A stretch of 63,691 nt of DNA, the filler included, from Folioceros fuciformis (Eukaryota): NCBI GenBank assembly GCA_049999805.1. It is 11 parts of 11 records of this genome, joined end to end, with 100 filler letters (N's around TTAATTAATTAA, not from the genome) between each part and the next. Parts side by side here need not be neighbours in the genome. Positions count along the whole stretch, not along the records: positions 36,005 to 40,491 come from JBNGIO010001276.1; positions 40,592 to 46,241 come from JBNGIO010001277.1; positions 46,342 to 52,839 come from JBNGIO010001279.1; 8 more parts are not named here. One strand, given 5' to 3'. Of the stretch, positions 38,300-51,813 are shown one piece after another (within the stretch, counting starts at the first letter, position 1; each line of letters begins with the position of its first letter). Both the position numbers and the translations under genes were made by a program. Under the pieces are notes generated by a model. The model saw nothing but the letters and a program-made list of their open reading frames with translations, was not told the DNA's origin and did not search any database.

Positions 38300-40040
38300 G
38301 CAAGATCTGAAGATGTGCTTGGATGACATTGAATGTCATTATCTTCAGTTGACAAATGTGTTGAAGAGATCTTCCTAGATTTGGGAGATGTTCCTGCAGA
38401 CCATGCCATGCACGCAACACGCTGGGTGAGGGTGTCAACCTTTGTGAGTGCACTACTACAGCCCAGCACACCATGTTACTGTGCTATATTACAAAAAAGG
38501 GACACATTATAACGTATGCAGCCCATGTTGTTATGGTGTTCTTAACCAACGGAATTGTAACTCTATTGTAATATGAAGCTCATAACAATTTGTGGTGTTA
38601 CGGTATTGTAGTTTGGGAAGAGGTCGGGCCCAACAAAGGTGCCTTCCGTAATGAGCATTCATTGCTGCCTCCTTCATGGCGGCATTCGTTTGAATTGGCC
38701 ACTTTGAATCGGAAGCACTGCCCACCAGCTAGACGATTGACCTCGATTGACACAACAATGTAGCACTATTCACTAAATGCAACTGTATTGGCGGAATTTT
38801 TTTCTATAAGGTGGTAATACATTTGGTTGCATGTGACAGCATGGTGAAGTGCACAAAGGGTTGACATGGTGTCTTCGTATATGGAGTTCCATTTCCCTTT
38901 GCTACAAGCCTCACATCAATGCACTCCCAAGGTGTACATGCTTACATCACAAAACCATAAAGGAGGAACATGCTAATCGATTATGGAATCGTATTGTCGC
39001 ATTGCATACAAGATGGCCTTATCACTCATGACACTCCGGCGGCCTTTCAGTCATTTCATTTGTGATGTCATATGCTTTGGTGTTTGCCTTTTACTGGGCG
39101 GTGAAGTTGGTGGAGGCGACGTTGGCGGCACTTCATTGCCTACATGGTCCGCTCCCTGTGCCTGCAAAAATGCAAAGCACACAAGGACTAAATCATCAAA
39201 TCCCAAAACAGAGGCAACGGAACAAGAGATTGCGCCAACTTTGAGTTCAATGCCTCCTCGTGTTGAATGGCTCTTTGAACCTACTGCAGATTGCCTCACA
39301 GTAGCTATCCTCACCCTTGTCAACCAGGCCTCCACTTGTACCACATCCCTTTCATTTGACATCTAAGGCTGCCTTCCTCTAGGCACCTTCAGCATTGGAC
39401 AAACCACTTGCACGTCTTTTGTCGCGATGACCTCCATGTGATTACCGTGTGTCCAAATAGCATGTTGCCCAGCCGTCGACACTCTACCATTATCGGCATT
39501 ATCAATTTCCATGTCTTTGCTATCAGTCGGCTCACCCTCGTCATCTGCAGCACCCTCGCCTTCGTCCGAATCGGGAACTTCACCACTTACATTGACATGG
39601 AAGCTATCGACACCGGCTTCCCTGCTTTCCATTGCAACTACAGCCTCTGTTGTTGCCGCTTTTGTTCACGCAGACCTTTTAAGTAATCCACTATTGAATC
39701 CCCCTTGTCCTTCACCTCCCATAACTCGTCCACCATGGACAGGGGCCGCAAGGCTCCAAACTCACACTCTTCGTTAGTTGGCTCCCTACCAAATTTGGCT
39801 TTGAATTTGCTAACCCACCTTGCTCTGCCACATTGGCCCCAAGGATTTGGGCCTTCACCTTGTGCTTTCTTCAGCCTTGCCTTAGCAGCCAATTGAGCCT
39901 TGGAGGGCAAGAAGTTGTTGTGTTGCCGCAACTCCACTCTTGCCTAGCTTACCAATTCGTACCATGATTTCTCATCCGCCATGGTTGGCTTGAATTCAGC
40001 AGCGAGGTTTTTTAGTGTTGCCTTTTCTTTCATGGTGAGC
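38300..40040 (-). mobile_element. Decayed ORF cluster, possibly a DNA-transposon accessory gene (CACTA-like)
   Basis: Fragmented frames include SKAQLAAKAR..GQCGRARWVSKFKAKFGREPT, loosely like En/Spm-associated plant transposase ORFs. Many stops; no TIR seen. Confidence 0.3.
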
Positions 40041-40801
40041 GACAAATTGTTTATATGAACACACACTTCATTCATCGAATAATGTTCAATACATAGTGAA
40101 GGCGGTTAGCCATTAAATAACTAACTAATGAAAGTCAAACTAATTCTGCTGAACTACTAACAGCTAAGAAACACTAAAGCCCTAACGGCCTTTCACACCC
40201 TCTGTTTCTGCTGTTAAGTTAGCTTACATTGAGCTTTTCATTTTCATTGATTACAATTAGAGTCAACGACTCTTTCATCCGCTCTCTGTATGCATGCCTC
40301 GACGACGTCCTCACGTTGCGCGAACTCCGAGCGCCTCCCTGTGCTTGCTATGCTTTTGTTGCGACAATGCCTTGGTCAGGAGGTCGGCTTGATTCTCCTC
40401 CATCAGCACATAGTGCAGCTGTATCTCACCTCGCTCCACAAGCGGGCGGATGTAGTGGAACTTCAATTCTATGTGCTTCGTCCTACTATGANNNNNNNNN
40501 NNNNNNNNNNNNNNNNNNNNNNNNNNNNNNNNNNNTTAATTAATTAANNNNNNNNNNNNNNNNNNNNNNNNNNNNNNNNNNNNNNNNNNNNATTCCACTA
40601 CCAAGTTTCAAGGACCAACCAGCCCCCCGGACACCTGGCCTGGCTACTAGTCCACTCCAAAACCCCATGGTCCAAGGAGGTCTTATGTATAAATATCCCT
40701 ATTTTATTCTCAACCTAAGCCGCTTTCTCCTTCACTTCACACAAAAACCAAAATCCATCAAATTTGTCACTCAAAAAGGGGTTCGCGAATTTTTTTTTCC
40801 T

Positions 40802-42518
40802 CTACATAACCCTATAATCAATAAGATACTCATTTAAAAGTTCATCAAATTCCCCCATAAACTTTGTGCCTTGATCTGCCAAAACTTCTGCACAAGCTCC
40901 AAACACACTCAATACATGATTGAGGAATGCTTCCTTGATTACCACCACCTTCTTTTCTCTTAAGGGAACCAAAACTATCCACTTTGAGAAATGTTCAGTC
41001 ATTACCAGTACATATCTGAATCCTCTGCCGGTCACTGGTAGCTCTCCAGCCAAATCCAAACTCCACCTATAGAACATTCCCTTGATAGGTAACGGATGAA
41101 GCTGAGAAGTTTTACCTGAAAAGCTTGCTATCAACCTATCACACACCTTACAAGTAGGTACAACCTTCTCTACTACGTCCATCATTCCCTTCCAATGATA
41201 ATTATTCATGAGCAAACTTAACATTCTCTTTGTACCAAAATGCCCCAGCTCTTCATGAATCTTTCTTGCCAGACTTATCCTATCTTCAATTCTAAGCACC
41301 ACCTTCATGTTGTCCTTAAATAATAACTTATCATCAACCCAAATGTATCTTCTAGCTTACTTTGTCAGCCTATCATTTTCTCTCACAATCAACATTATCT
41401 TATTTCCACCCGTCCTTATGCACTCCATTTTACTCTGATCCTTCCAAATATCCACTATTGTCAAAGAGGTCACTGGTTCTACAAGATTCACCAAATATGC
41501 ACTTGGCATCTACCTAGACACCACCAAGTTACATTCCCCAATGACATCTTCATCAAAATCTTGTCTAGCAATCAACGCATCTACCAAACTTCCCAATGGA
41601 TTCCTTAACAACACATCTGCATTAGCATGCTTTACTCCTACTCTGTGTTCCATAGAAAAATGATACTTCTGTAAAATGAGCGCCCACCTTGCCAACTTGC
41701 CTGTTAACTTTTCACTTTTCATCAACCATTTCAAAGGTTGATGATCAGTAACTAACTCAAACTTCGTTTCATACAAGTATGATATGAAATGCAATACCAC
41801 GGACACTACTGCCAAATATTCTCCATAATATGACAAGTAATTGCTCTCAGCAGAATTGTTACTCCTGCTTGCGTAAGCTAGCATATGTTCCATCCCCTCT
41901 TCATCATTTTGTGTCAACATTGCCCCCAATCCAAGTTTGCTCCAATCAGTGTACAAGTTAAACTTCCTATCTCAACTTCTTAATCTTCCTAGGTCTCTTC
42001 AACAATGGTCTGCTGATCAAAATGCTTTTGATCTCCTCAAACACTTTATGTTGATCTTCTCCCCAAACCCATACAACATCCTTCTTCAGCAGTGTTGTCA
42101 TAGGTTTCACCACGAAACTCTGATTTGCCACAAAATTACGATAATAATTTACCAATCGCAAGAAAGACTGCAAGGATCCAACATTTGAAGGCATACTCAT
42201 CTTCGCTGTCGCTTCCACCTTGACATCACACGGTGATGTACCCCTAGGGATTATCAAATGACCCAAATATGTTATCCTGTAGGATCCAAACTTGTACTTC
42301 CAACATGTCAACCCCACCTCCATGAGCTTGTCCAACACCAACCTAACATGCTCCTTATGCACCTCCACACTGCTACTAAAAATTATCACATCATCAATGT
42401 AACACCAGGCAAAAGACAACCCCCTCAACGCATGATCCATGACCCTTTGAAAAGCACTAGATGCATTCTTTAATCCAAATGGAACAACAATCCACTCCCA
42501 TAAGCACCTATTGCCCCA
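40802..42518 (-). mobile_element. Ty3/gypsy pol remnant A (RT-RNaseH-integrase)
   Basis: VPFGLKNA, YIDDVIIFS, YTDWSKLGLGA..LAYASRSN, LVTDHQPLKWL, HEELGHFG..CKVC, WSLDLAG and DQGTKF; gypsy domain order; frameshifts. Confidence 0.93.
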
Positions 42519-44476
42519 AAGGGGTTGACAGGCCTATTAAGGAAGGAGCAACCTTGGGAATGGACTGCGGAGAAAGAGGCGGCGTTTCAGGACTTGAGGA
42601 CCACCCTTGTGACAGCACCCACCCTCAAGGGCCCTGATTGGGATGGGAAATTTCATGTGTATGTGGATGTGTCGGCATTTGCCATTGGAATAGTCCTAAG
42701 CCAGCGGGATGAGAAGGGGAGGGACTACCCAATCTACTATGCGGGGTGCCAACTCACGGAGGCTGAGCGTAAGTACACCACAACCGAGAGGGAGGCACTT
42801 GGCATGGTTTACTCATGTCATAAATTTCGTCATTACCTCCTCTCCTATGAGTTTGTCTTCCATGTTGATCATTTTGCTCTCAAGCACCTGGTCAACAAGG
42901 CAGATCTATCGAGCTGGATAGCTCGCTGGATTTTGCTCCTACAAGAGTTCACATTCACTGTGGTAACAAGAGAAGGGTGCAGACATGTGAATGCTGATTT
43001 CAAGGCTGAAGACGGAGTAGGTGGTTCAGGACCAGGAAGATGATTTTCCGGATGAGGCGTTTGTAGTAGAGCTAGTGGGGAAGGAGAGGGCCAAACCAAA
43101 TGCTAAGCTGCCAAGAGATGGAGATGCTGTGCCGAATGAGAAGGGGAGAAGAGGGGTTCGTAAACCATCTTACCAAGAGGTATACAATTTTTTAGGCATG
43201 GGGGAATTTCCAACTGATCTCTCACGGCAGCAGCAACGGTTGTTCCTTTATTTCATTAGGCCGGTCGTTAAGCACAAGGGCAAGCTGTATCGCATAGGAG
43301 CTGATGGAGTGGAGCATTTGTGGGTCAACCATGACCAGGTGGGGCAGGTTATCAGCTCCTTGCATGAGGGGGAGGCTGGAGGTCATTATGCAGCTCATGC
43401 AACCTGCAGAAAAATTCTTGCAGTAGGATATTGGTGGCCAACAATGCATGCTGATGCTGGGGAATTCATCAAGAGGTGTGATGCATGCCAAAGGGTGGGG
43501 AAGCCTACTAGGACAACACAATGGCCGTTGGTCCCCATCCTAGCCCTAGCACCATTTGAGAAGTGGGGGATTGATTTCGTAGGGCCAATTCAGCCTAAGT
43601 CCAAGGGGAGGCAAAACCAATACATCTTGGTAGCAACCAACTACTGCACACGCATGGTGGAGGCTCAAGCTTTGCCCATGGACACAGCGAATGTGGTGGC
43701 TAGATTTTTGTTTGAGCAGATCATCACAAGGTATGGATGTCCGTTAGAGCTGGTAAGTGACCGGGGCACTCACTTCATCAATGAAGTGGTCAAGCACATG
43801 ACTGAATATTTCAATCAGTCATAGGAAGACCACTCCCTACAACCCCAAGGCCATTGTAATCACGGAGAAGGCTAATGGGTTGTTATGCAAGATTCTCAGC
43901 AAGCTAACCGTCACATATGCTCATGACTGGGATAGGAAGCTTCATTCAACCTTGTGGGCATATAGGACTGCGGAGAAGGTCACTACCCAGCAGACCCCTT
44001 ATTATCTCACCTATGGACACTCCCCGGTCATGCCAATTGAATTCGAGGTACCTACCTTCAAGATGCAGGGGAGCAACCGATTGCCAGTGGAGGAGAGCCA
44101 GCTGGAGAGGCTGACCAGTTTTGTGCAGCATGATGAGGACAAAGGACGTGCCTTGGCTGTTTTCCTTGATGTCCAGGAGAGGAGGAAGAAATGGCATGAC
44201 TAGAAGTTGCGTAAACAGGAGTATGTCGTTCCTGGAGATTTGGCCTTATTATACGACAATAGGTACATGCACTTTCCAGGAAAGTTGCACTTGAGGTGGA
44301 TGGGGCCTTATAGAGTGCTGGAGGTGTACGAGAATGGATCTATCCAACTGCAGCACCTCAATGGCCCTAACTTGCCAACCAGAGTCAACGGCTGGCGAGT
44401 GAAGAAATATTATCAGTACTTGGCGGGGATGCCAACAAATGAGAAAGGGAGTATGTGGAGACCACATGGTAGATAG
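42519..44476 (+). mobile_element. Ty3/gypsy pol remnant B (RT thumb-RNaseH-integrase, GPY motif, no chromodomain)
   Basis: FHVYVDVSAFAIG, YTTTEREALG, HEGEAGGH..CDACQ, FEKWGIDFVGP, SDRGTHF, LWAYRT, GKLHLRWMGPY and VNGWRVKKY. Confidence 0.94.
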
Positions 44477-44799
44477 GCCTCTTAGAAAATGGGTGGTATA
44501 TGTTTTTTTTGGAGTTTTCATAGAATTCCTTGAAGACATAATTAGGAAACTATGTTAGATAGGGCTAGATTAGATAGGATGATCAGGGGATAGCGGTGGT
44601 GCAGTTTAGAAAGGCAAGAATCGTCTAGCTGACTCATGGGCGTGGAAAATATGAAGTAGGGGGTGCCTGTGGAGAGGGGTGCCGGCGTGTGTGGAACCCT
44701 AAGTTGGGCGTGTGAGGCGAGTTGTGTGCTCAGGAGCGTGCGGAGGGGGGTTGGGCATAGGCATGTGGGTGGCGTGCTTGACTTGCCGTGGCCTTACCC

Positions 44800-46241
44800 A
44801 AGTGCGCCGAGGGTTGAGGATCTAAAGGCAGGTAGCTCACCTGGCAGGCAGGCTTGGCAAGCTAGCCTGGCCTCTAGGCAGACGAATCCGACAAGCAACC
44901 AGACCGGGCAAGCTCGCTCCCTGGTTGATATGGAGGCCAGAGGTCAGCTAGCGACCTCTGGCCAGTCGGCTTGGGCAAGCAAGCGACGGCCCAGGGGGCC
45001 GGCTAGCTAGGCTGGAGGAAAAAGGGCTGGACAAATGTGGAGGAGTTGCAGGGGGCGCTACACCGGGCTGGCTGCAGTCGGGGCCGGATCGGGTGGCCGA
45101 CATGTGGCTCGGGCTCTAGCTGATCAGCCAGCAGCCGCCAACCCAACAGATTGGGCTGCAGGCACCCAAGCAACTAGGCAGGCTAGCTACTGGCCTCCAA
45201 GCAGACGAACTCGGCAGGCTAGCTACCTGACTGGATCCGGAGGCAGGAGGCTGGGGTGTGACCTCGAAGTGGGCGGCCTGGCTCGTACTAATGGCTGGCT
45301 GCCTACCAAATCCGGAAGGCAGGAGGCCGGGTTGCGGCCTCTGGGGTCGGAGGATCTAGGCGGTCTGGTAGCGACAGTGGAGTGGGCAGTGGTTGACTGA
45401 TCTTGGAGCTAGGCAGTCGGTGGCTGGCTGTGAGACCAGGCAGGCTACAAGCAGTTAGGCCGGCTTGCAGCGGCTGGTAAGCGGCCTCTGGCAGGTGGCC
45501 GGATCTAGGGAAGCAAAGAGGACGCGCCAAGCAGGAGGTCGCGCATCCAGGCTGGTGCAAGAGAATCAAACCAGACAGGTTGTGGAGGCTGAGCAGGGAA
45601 CCGAGTCGCAGCGGTCCCGCAATCCACTGGCCGGGACGAAGCCATGTAGGGGCTGGTGGGCAGGTCCTCCTTGCTACCCGAATCTAGCCAGCCCAGAGCT
45701 AGCCAGGCGGCGGTTGTGGCAACCTGTAGGCGGATCTGCTGGCTGGGTGCCTGGCCAAGTCCAGGAGGACAGGTCGGCCTGGCAGGCGATCTGGAGGGTG
45801 GCTAGGCCGGCGGCGGCCTGGCTGTGCGACCAGTGGGGCTGGCCGGCTGGAGGCGGCTGCGGGCAGTCGGACTGGTCATGTCTAAAGGCACGCAACCAGC
45901 AGGCAGCCTGGCTGGTTGGCGGCAGGCTGGCCAGCAGAGGCCAGTTGCTGAGCAGCAGCCGGGCGTCCCAGCAAAGCGGATGACCGGGAGAGGCAACCTG
46001 CGGGCTGGGGCCTGCAGGCGGAGCGAATCCAGGTAGACGGGTAGGCCAGACGGGTGGTTGCAGACGGCTTGCAGAGCCTGGCCAGGTGGCTGGCAACAAT
46101 GGCTGAGGTGGCTAGCCAGTGGGCTCAGGAGGCCCCCTGGCTGGATCACGTGACAGGCGGCCTTCGGGCGAATCGGCTGGAGGGTGGCTGGGCCAGCAGC
46201 ACGGAAACCCGGCTGCGAGCGGGCAAGGCGTCGGGATCCAA
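44800..46241. repeat. GC-rich low-complexity tract (GGCTAG/GGCAGG/GGCTGG words), probably the 3' region of gypsy element B
   Basis: Short degenerate motifs downstream of the integrase; no recognisable protein. Confidence 0.5.
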
Positions 46242-46341
46242 NNNNNNNNNNNNNNNNNNNNNNNNNNNNNNNNNNNNNNNNNNNNTTAATTAATTAANNN
46301 NNNNNNNNNNNNNNNNNNNNNNNNNNNNNNNNNNNNNNNNN

Positions 46342-46699
46342 GAGGGCTGGGAAACTTGGTCAGCAAAGATTGGCGACTTGCAATCTCTGCAGGTAGCGAC
46401 TTGCAATCTCTCTACCTGCAGAGGTAGAGCTAGAAGGAACAACCCGTTTGCTTTCGAAATTGGCTTCACCAATTTGAGCCTGCTTTTATAAGCATCAGCC
46501 TACCCAAATCTACGGTCCCTGGAAGGATTAAAATGAGTTCACTTTTCTCTAAGCTTCGGTACGGCATATCACAGCGACATCGACTCCGAGGCCTTCCCCA
46601 ATTGATGGTTGTCCGCTCTGGGGCCTTCCCTTGTTCGCTCCAAGGCCTTCCCCAAAGCAGTGAATGTCCGCTTTAGATTGTTCTAGCAAGAAGCCAATT
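46342..46699. repeat. Left arm of long inverted repeat (pairs with 52499-52839)
   Basis: The contig starts GAGGGCTGGGAAACTTGGTCAGCAAAGATTGGCGACTTG and ends CAAGTCGCCAATCTTTGCTGACCAAGTTTCCCAGCCCTC. Near-identity continues for about 350 bp. Confidence 0.96.
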
Positions 46700-46755
46700 A
46701 AAGATAAAGCCAATTAAAGATAGTTTCAAGTTGCCAGTGAATTTTTACATTTGCT

Positions 46756-49700
46756 ATGGAAGTTGCAACAGGGGCAGTGCATGACTGGGCACTGATTATG
46801 TTCCAGGCATATGAATACCATGGACGGAAATTACTCAAGCCAAATCTCGCAGACAGTGAGAGTTCTAGCCATATGTACCTTAGCACCTACCTAGTGCATA
46901 TCTGGGCAGCTGAAGCATTATTAACAAATGAGGAAGTGGAGGAGGCCGCAGAACCATTCGAAGTGGCGACTACCATTCGAACCCCCTCGAGGAGTAGGCT
47001 GCAAGGTTCTTGTGGTACCTGCCCCACATGTGGAGCGGCCAGCAGAATAGGTATGGCTGACATTGGTAGGTTAGTATGTAGAACTGTCAACCCCAAAAAT
47101 AATCATCATAGGAGTCCTCCGGTGGTCCGTCAGGCTTGTTATCGAAGTGGTTGGGATATTTGTTTTTCTAGAGTAATAAAGGTTCATTTCGGTAAAGCCA
47201 AGTTCCTCGAAGTAGAAGACATTACGGTCCTACGCGAGGACCACTAGGCCAATGAACTGACACAGGCCACGATCTGCTCAGATCTTGTGCTCTCGTCACC
47301 ATGAAGAAAGGCGAGCGTAATCGTTTCCGGACGGTTGCAAGCGTGCCCACGATTGCAACGTAAATTCTTATGCTAGCGTACACCGGCCCTTACGCTCCAC
47401 CGCCTTCCCTCTCCCTCCTGCGACTTTATCCGTCTCTCATTCCAACACACCACCTCTCCTTTGACATCCCGCCTCCCTTACCTCCGCTCCCTGCTCTTCT
47501 ACGATGACACACCAACTTGCACCATTGCGCTTCTGTTCTCATGCTCCTCCTCTTGGTGTCCTCCCGCAGAACACCTTCCTATCTCCTCACAGCACCAAGG
47601 CAATTCCTTGAAGCACGCAATGTCTAGCGGAGATAAAATCCAAACGTGAGCGTACTCAAATTTCTTGTCCTGGATAGCGACAACAGGCAAATTGATGGAG
47701 TCATGGGAGTTGGGAATTTTCCAGTTTCCCTAGGGCATCTAGTCCACGACAGTAGTCCAAGAGTTTGCCCGGACACTATAACGTTGCACGTGGGGGAAAC
47801 TAGAGTCTTCCAAGATCTGGGACAACCCTACCCTTTGGACCACGCAAATGATAAGGGAGGTCCATCAAGAGTCAACAACGGAGCGTGGAGGGCTCTACCA
47901 TAATTCCCAACAGAATTAAGGCGTTGGTGAAGGAGGCTGCCATGGCACTCTTAATGGACGATTCCTTCAAGACCACCAATGGGTGGTTAATTCACGACAT
48001 TGAGGACCTATGGATCAAGGGAGTAGCACACCTCATCATAAACTAGCTATTGGTCACCAAGATGGACCATGTAGTGAATGGGGTCATGGTGCTACTCTAC
48101 AGGCTAGCTTAGGGAACACCAGTGGACTAGGAGACAGTCGTGGCACACCATATTCAGCCCGATGTTAGGAAACTCAAGCAGGAGAAAGCGCTCTCCTCAT
48201 GTCTCTCCCCCTTCCTATTTCATATCTGGGGACACTATAAGGTCCTTACAAATTTGAGGAATTTCCCGATTACACCCTACTCCACCACTGTCCTCCGCCG
48301 CTACTTCGGCACCAGCTCCAAGGAAGAAGACTTCTGCGCCATCCACCCAGACCAAGGCGCTCCCCACTACACCAATGCCCCTACCGGTATCGAACACCTC
48401 GAAGGATAGCCGCGGAGCAGGATCAGAGTCATCGCCCATGGCCCTTGCTTCGGCCCCCAACCCTCCCATTAGCCCTCCTCTAAAGTGGAAGGTGGACGTG
48501 CTACCAGCATAAGTGGTACCTCCCCCTAACTGGTGGAATATTTGACTGATGTCCACATCGGGCTGACGGATCCCTTTGCGGAGTGCCCCACCTCCCACCA
48601 GCCCGAAACTCGAGGACTTTCTAGCTTTGGTACCAGGACCCACATGTGCCCTTAGGACCAGGGAAGAAGCGGACCACATGGAGTTGGTCCGGCTACCCGC
48701 ACAGTTAAACTACAACGAACGGCATGGAATAGGGCCATCCAGAGTAAAGTGGCCTCCCTCACCGCATGGGAAGAAGGGGAGAGGCCCTCACTCTCATAGT
48801 CCACCACCGGCCGAAGTAAGTTCAACCCGGTACCCAGACTTGCTTAGGAGAAGAACGACCGCCGTAAGGGCCTGCCACGGTCCATAGTCCTTAAGGACCT
48901 CATTGAAGGAGGAATTACGGACCCAAAGGAGACCATGCGAAGGACTATCTAAACGTTCTTTGGAAGGGCTCGGTTGCCTCCCAATTACCAATTCTACTCC
49001 GATACTACAATCGAAGGGGCAACAAAGGCACCACAAGGGATTGCCATGTTTGTGGCCGAAGCACTCGTCTAGTCCTTCGGGTAGGTGACCACAAGGGAGG
49101 GTAAGAACATCGCCCTCTGAAGGCGCACGACTGAGTTAGTAACTCAGTTAACCATCCTTAAGGAACGGGCGGTAGGGCACACTACCGAACTCCAAGAGGA
49201 GTCCGGTAAACTCTAGAAGGAATGCGAGGGGTGTATGCAAGAGCTCGAGGAGTTGAAGAGCCAAGTCGCGAAGCAAACCACGGGAACTAAAAGATCCTCA
49301 ACTCTCATTGCTCTATGAGATATCCCGCCGTTGCTATCCAAGGCACAAATTTGGGGTAGGAAAGCTTTTGGATTTGCTCCTCGTTGACTCTCCATGTGTT
49401 GCCAACCTTGAGAAATTGTCCGGGCGCCATGAAGGAATAGTTCTGGGGGATGTAGAGGGCGGAGGAGGAAAGACGTTAACAGCAACGCGTTTGGTTTGAG
49501 TGAGCGGAATCGCCATTGAAGACGAGAAGAAACCAAGAAGGGCGAAGAGCACAAGAAGACGAAGTGAAGGCAGCAAGAAGACAAAGGAGAACGAGAGCGG
49601 CGGAATGAGTCTTAGGATGAGTGGCGGGAGGGAGAGGGAGGGGAGTGGGGCGTATGGGCGGGCGTCTGCCAATGTACGCTCAGTAGCTCTGGTACGCCTA

Positions 49701-50330
49701 CAATCGTCTACGACGGTTATGCCTCCATTCTTACATGATGTTAGATACATCGGATCTTGAATGGATCGTCCTTGCCGTTAGTTCCTTCGCCTAGTGGCTG
49801 CTGGGAGGTCCGAAATGTCTTCTACTTCAAAGAACTCGGGATTGCCAAAAATAGTTGTTTATTAAAATTTTAAAAAACAAACAAATATTCCACTTACTCC
49901 GGAAATGAGTCCTGCAGGTGATTGGAGTGCCCTTCCGATGATTATTCTTAGGCTTAATAGCTACGAATGTGACTATCCCCTGTGCCGCTTATGTTGCCCC
50001 TTTGGCAGTGGTACCAGAGTAGAGCCAATAGTTGGTAGGCAAGTGAACTCTCCCAAAGGACGTCCAGATTAGTTTGCTGCATGGCCTTTGGATCCGTAAT
50101 CCCCCCTTCTATAAGGTCCTCCAGGTCTATGGATCATGTCAAGACTTTCCGGTGGTCGGACTCCTCCTGCGCATGTCTAGGTGCCGGGGGTGGAACTACT
50201 TTGGCTAGTGAAGGACTGGGAGAACGAGGTCCTCTCCCCTTCTTCTTCCCATGAGGCAAGGGAGGTCGCTTCACTCCAAACGGCCCTATTCCAAGGCACT
50301 GTGGGGATACCAACCAGTGTTTGACCCCCA
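46756..50330. mobile_element. Several decayed copies, in both orientations, of a retroelement-associated accessory ORF
   Basis: GAVHDWALI..YLSTYLVHIW..LLTNEE (46756+) resembles GTPVD-ETV..CLSPFLFHIW..VLT (48110+). 47590-47690(+) resembles 49320-49430(-) (QFL..IQ..Y..F..WIAT). 48725-48930(+) resembles 50085-50295(-). Confidence 0.55.
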
Positions 50331-50493
50331 ACCAGCGCCGTCCGAGGTGGTCGGACCCATTCTTTCTTTCTCATTGCTCCTTGCCACTTCGTTGCCCTTC
50401 CTCCTCACGACACCTTATTTGGCCCGCGTCGAACTCCTAAACATTAATCACCTCCGTCCCTAGCGACCCTCGTCCCTCTCCTCCGTTCTACAG

Positions 50494-51813
50494 TTGGTCT
50501 GCCAGAATTGTACTCACACTCTCTTCATGTATGTCATAACTATGGAGGGTACTTCGCCACTGGGTACTGCTTTACCTTAACAATTTGTAGCCAGGCTAAT
50601 ATAGAATCGAACTAAGTCTAACGTTCAAACCTAAGCTAGAAGCTATACATACGGTAGCCAATGCCTAGTCGAATGTCAATGGATGTTTTCGCTAAAGAAT
50701 AATGTACCTAGCCGTTTGATCTAACTCAAACCTTAACCTCGATTCTTCTTGGTGAATATGCTCAGATAAGACCCTATAAATCTAAATGAGCTTTGCTGCT
50801 TGTACTGGGTGGCTCCATCTAGCTGAAGCCTCTAAGCAATCCTTCGGACCCTTGTTCGAATGTAAGATTTCGGTCCAATTCCTAAACCAATCCGTGCTTT
50901 CCAAATCATGAGCAGTAATGAGCTCCTCCTGAAGATGTTGCCACAAACCTCTGAGCGTTGTAACCCCCTTGCTTTGTACTAACTTGAGGCATAGATCCTA
51001 CACATGTTCCTTTAGAACCTTTGTATGTTCCTCAAGAACTTGGATGAGTCTGTCTTTGGCCAGACCCACTGCAGGAGTGTGAGTACAAATCCGACGAATT
51101 GACCGTAGAACGGAGGAGAGGGACGGGGGTCAATCTAGGGACGTAGGTGAATAACGATCAGGAGTCCAACGTGGGCCGGATAGGGTGTCGTGAGGGGGGA
51201 GGGCGATGGAGCAAGAGGGGGCGGCGACAAAGAAAGAATAGATCCGACCACTCGAACGACACTGATTGGCGGTCGAACACTGGGTGGACGCCATCCAATA
51301 ACTCAATGACAGCCATGCCTTCTTCCATAACGAAATCCTTCGAGATCTGAGCGAGACTACGGAGGCCGTGGTAGGTGCAACCACTTCGACACCTTCCTTG
51401 GACATGAGTACCGCACGTAGCAGCCTGAAAGCTTCGATCTGAGGACTTTCCTTCCTGGAAGTTGGTACTTAGCTCTTGGTCTGCCAGAATTGTGCTCACA
51501 CTCCCTTCATGTATGTCACAACTGTGGAGGGTACTTCGTCACTGGGTACTGCTTTGCCTTAACAATTTGTAGCCAAGCTAATACAGAATCGAACTAAGTC
51601 TAACGTTCAAATCTAAGCTAGAAGCTATACATACAGTAGCCAATGCCTAATCGAATGTCAATGGATGTTTTTGCTGAAGAACAATGTACTCAGCTGTTTG
51701 ATCTAACTCAAACCTTAACCTCGATTCTTCTTAGTGAATATGCTTAGATAAGACCCTATAGATCTAAGTGAGCTTTGCTCCTTGTACTGGGTGGCTCCAT
51801 CTAGCTGAAGCCT
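50494..51813. repeat. Direct repeat pair, 338 bp each (50494-50831 and 51476-51813)
   Basis: Both run TTGGTCTGCCAGAATTGT...GGCTCCATCTAGCTGAAGCCT with scattered substitutions. Confidence 0.95.

Noticed and set aside
50494..51813. 338-bp direct repeats as the LTRs of a TRIM
   Set aside because: No TG..CA termini, PBS, PPT or TSD were seen, and the repeat reads as part of a decayed ORF.
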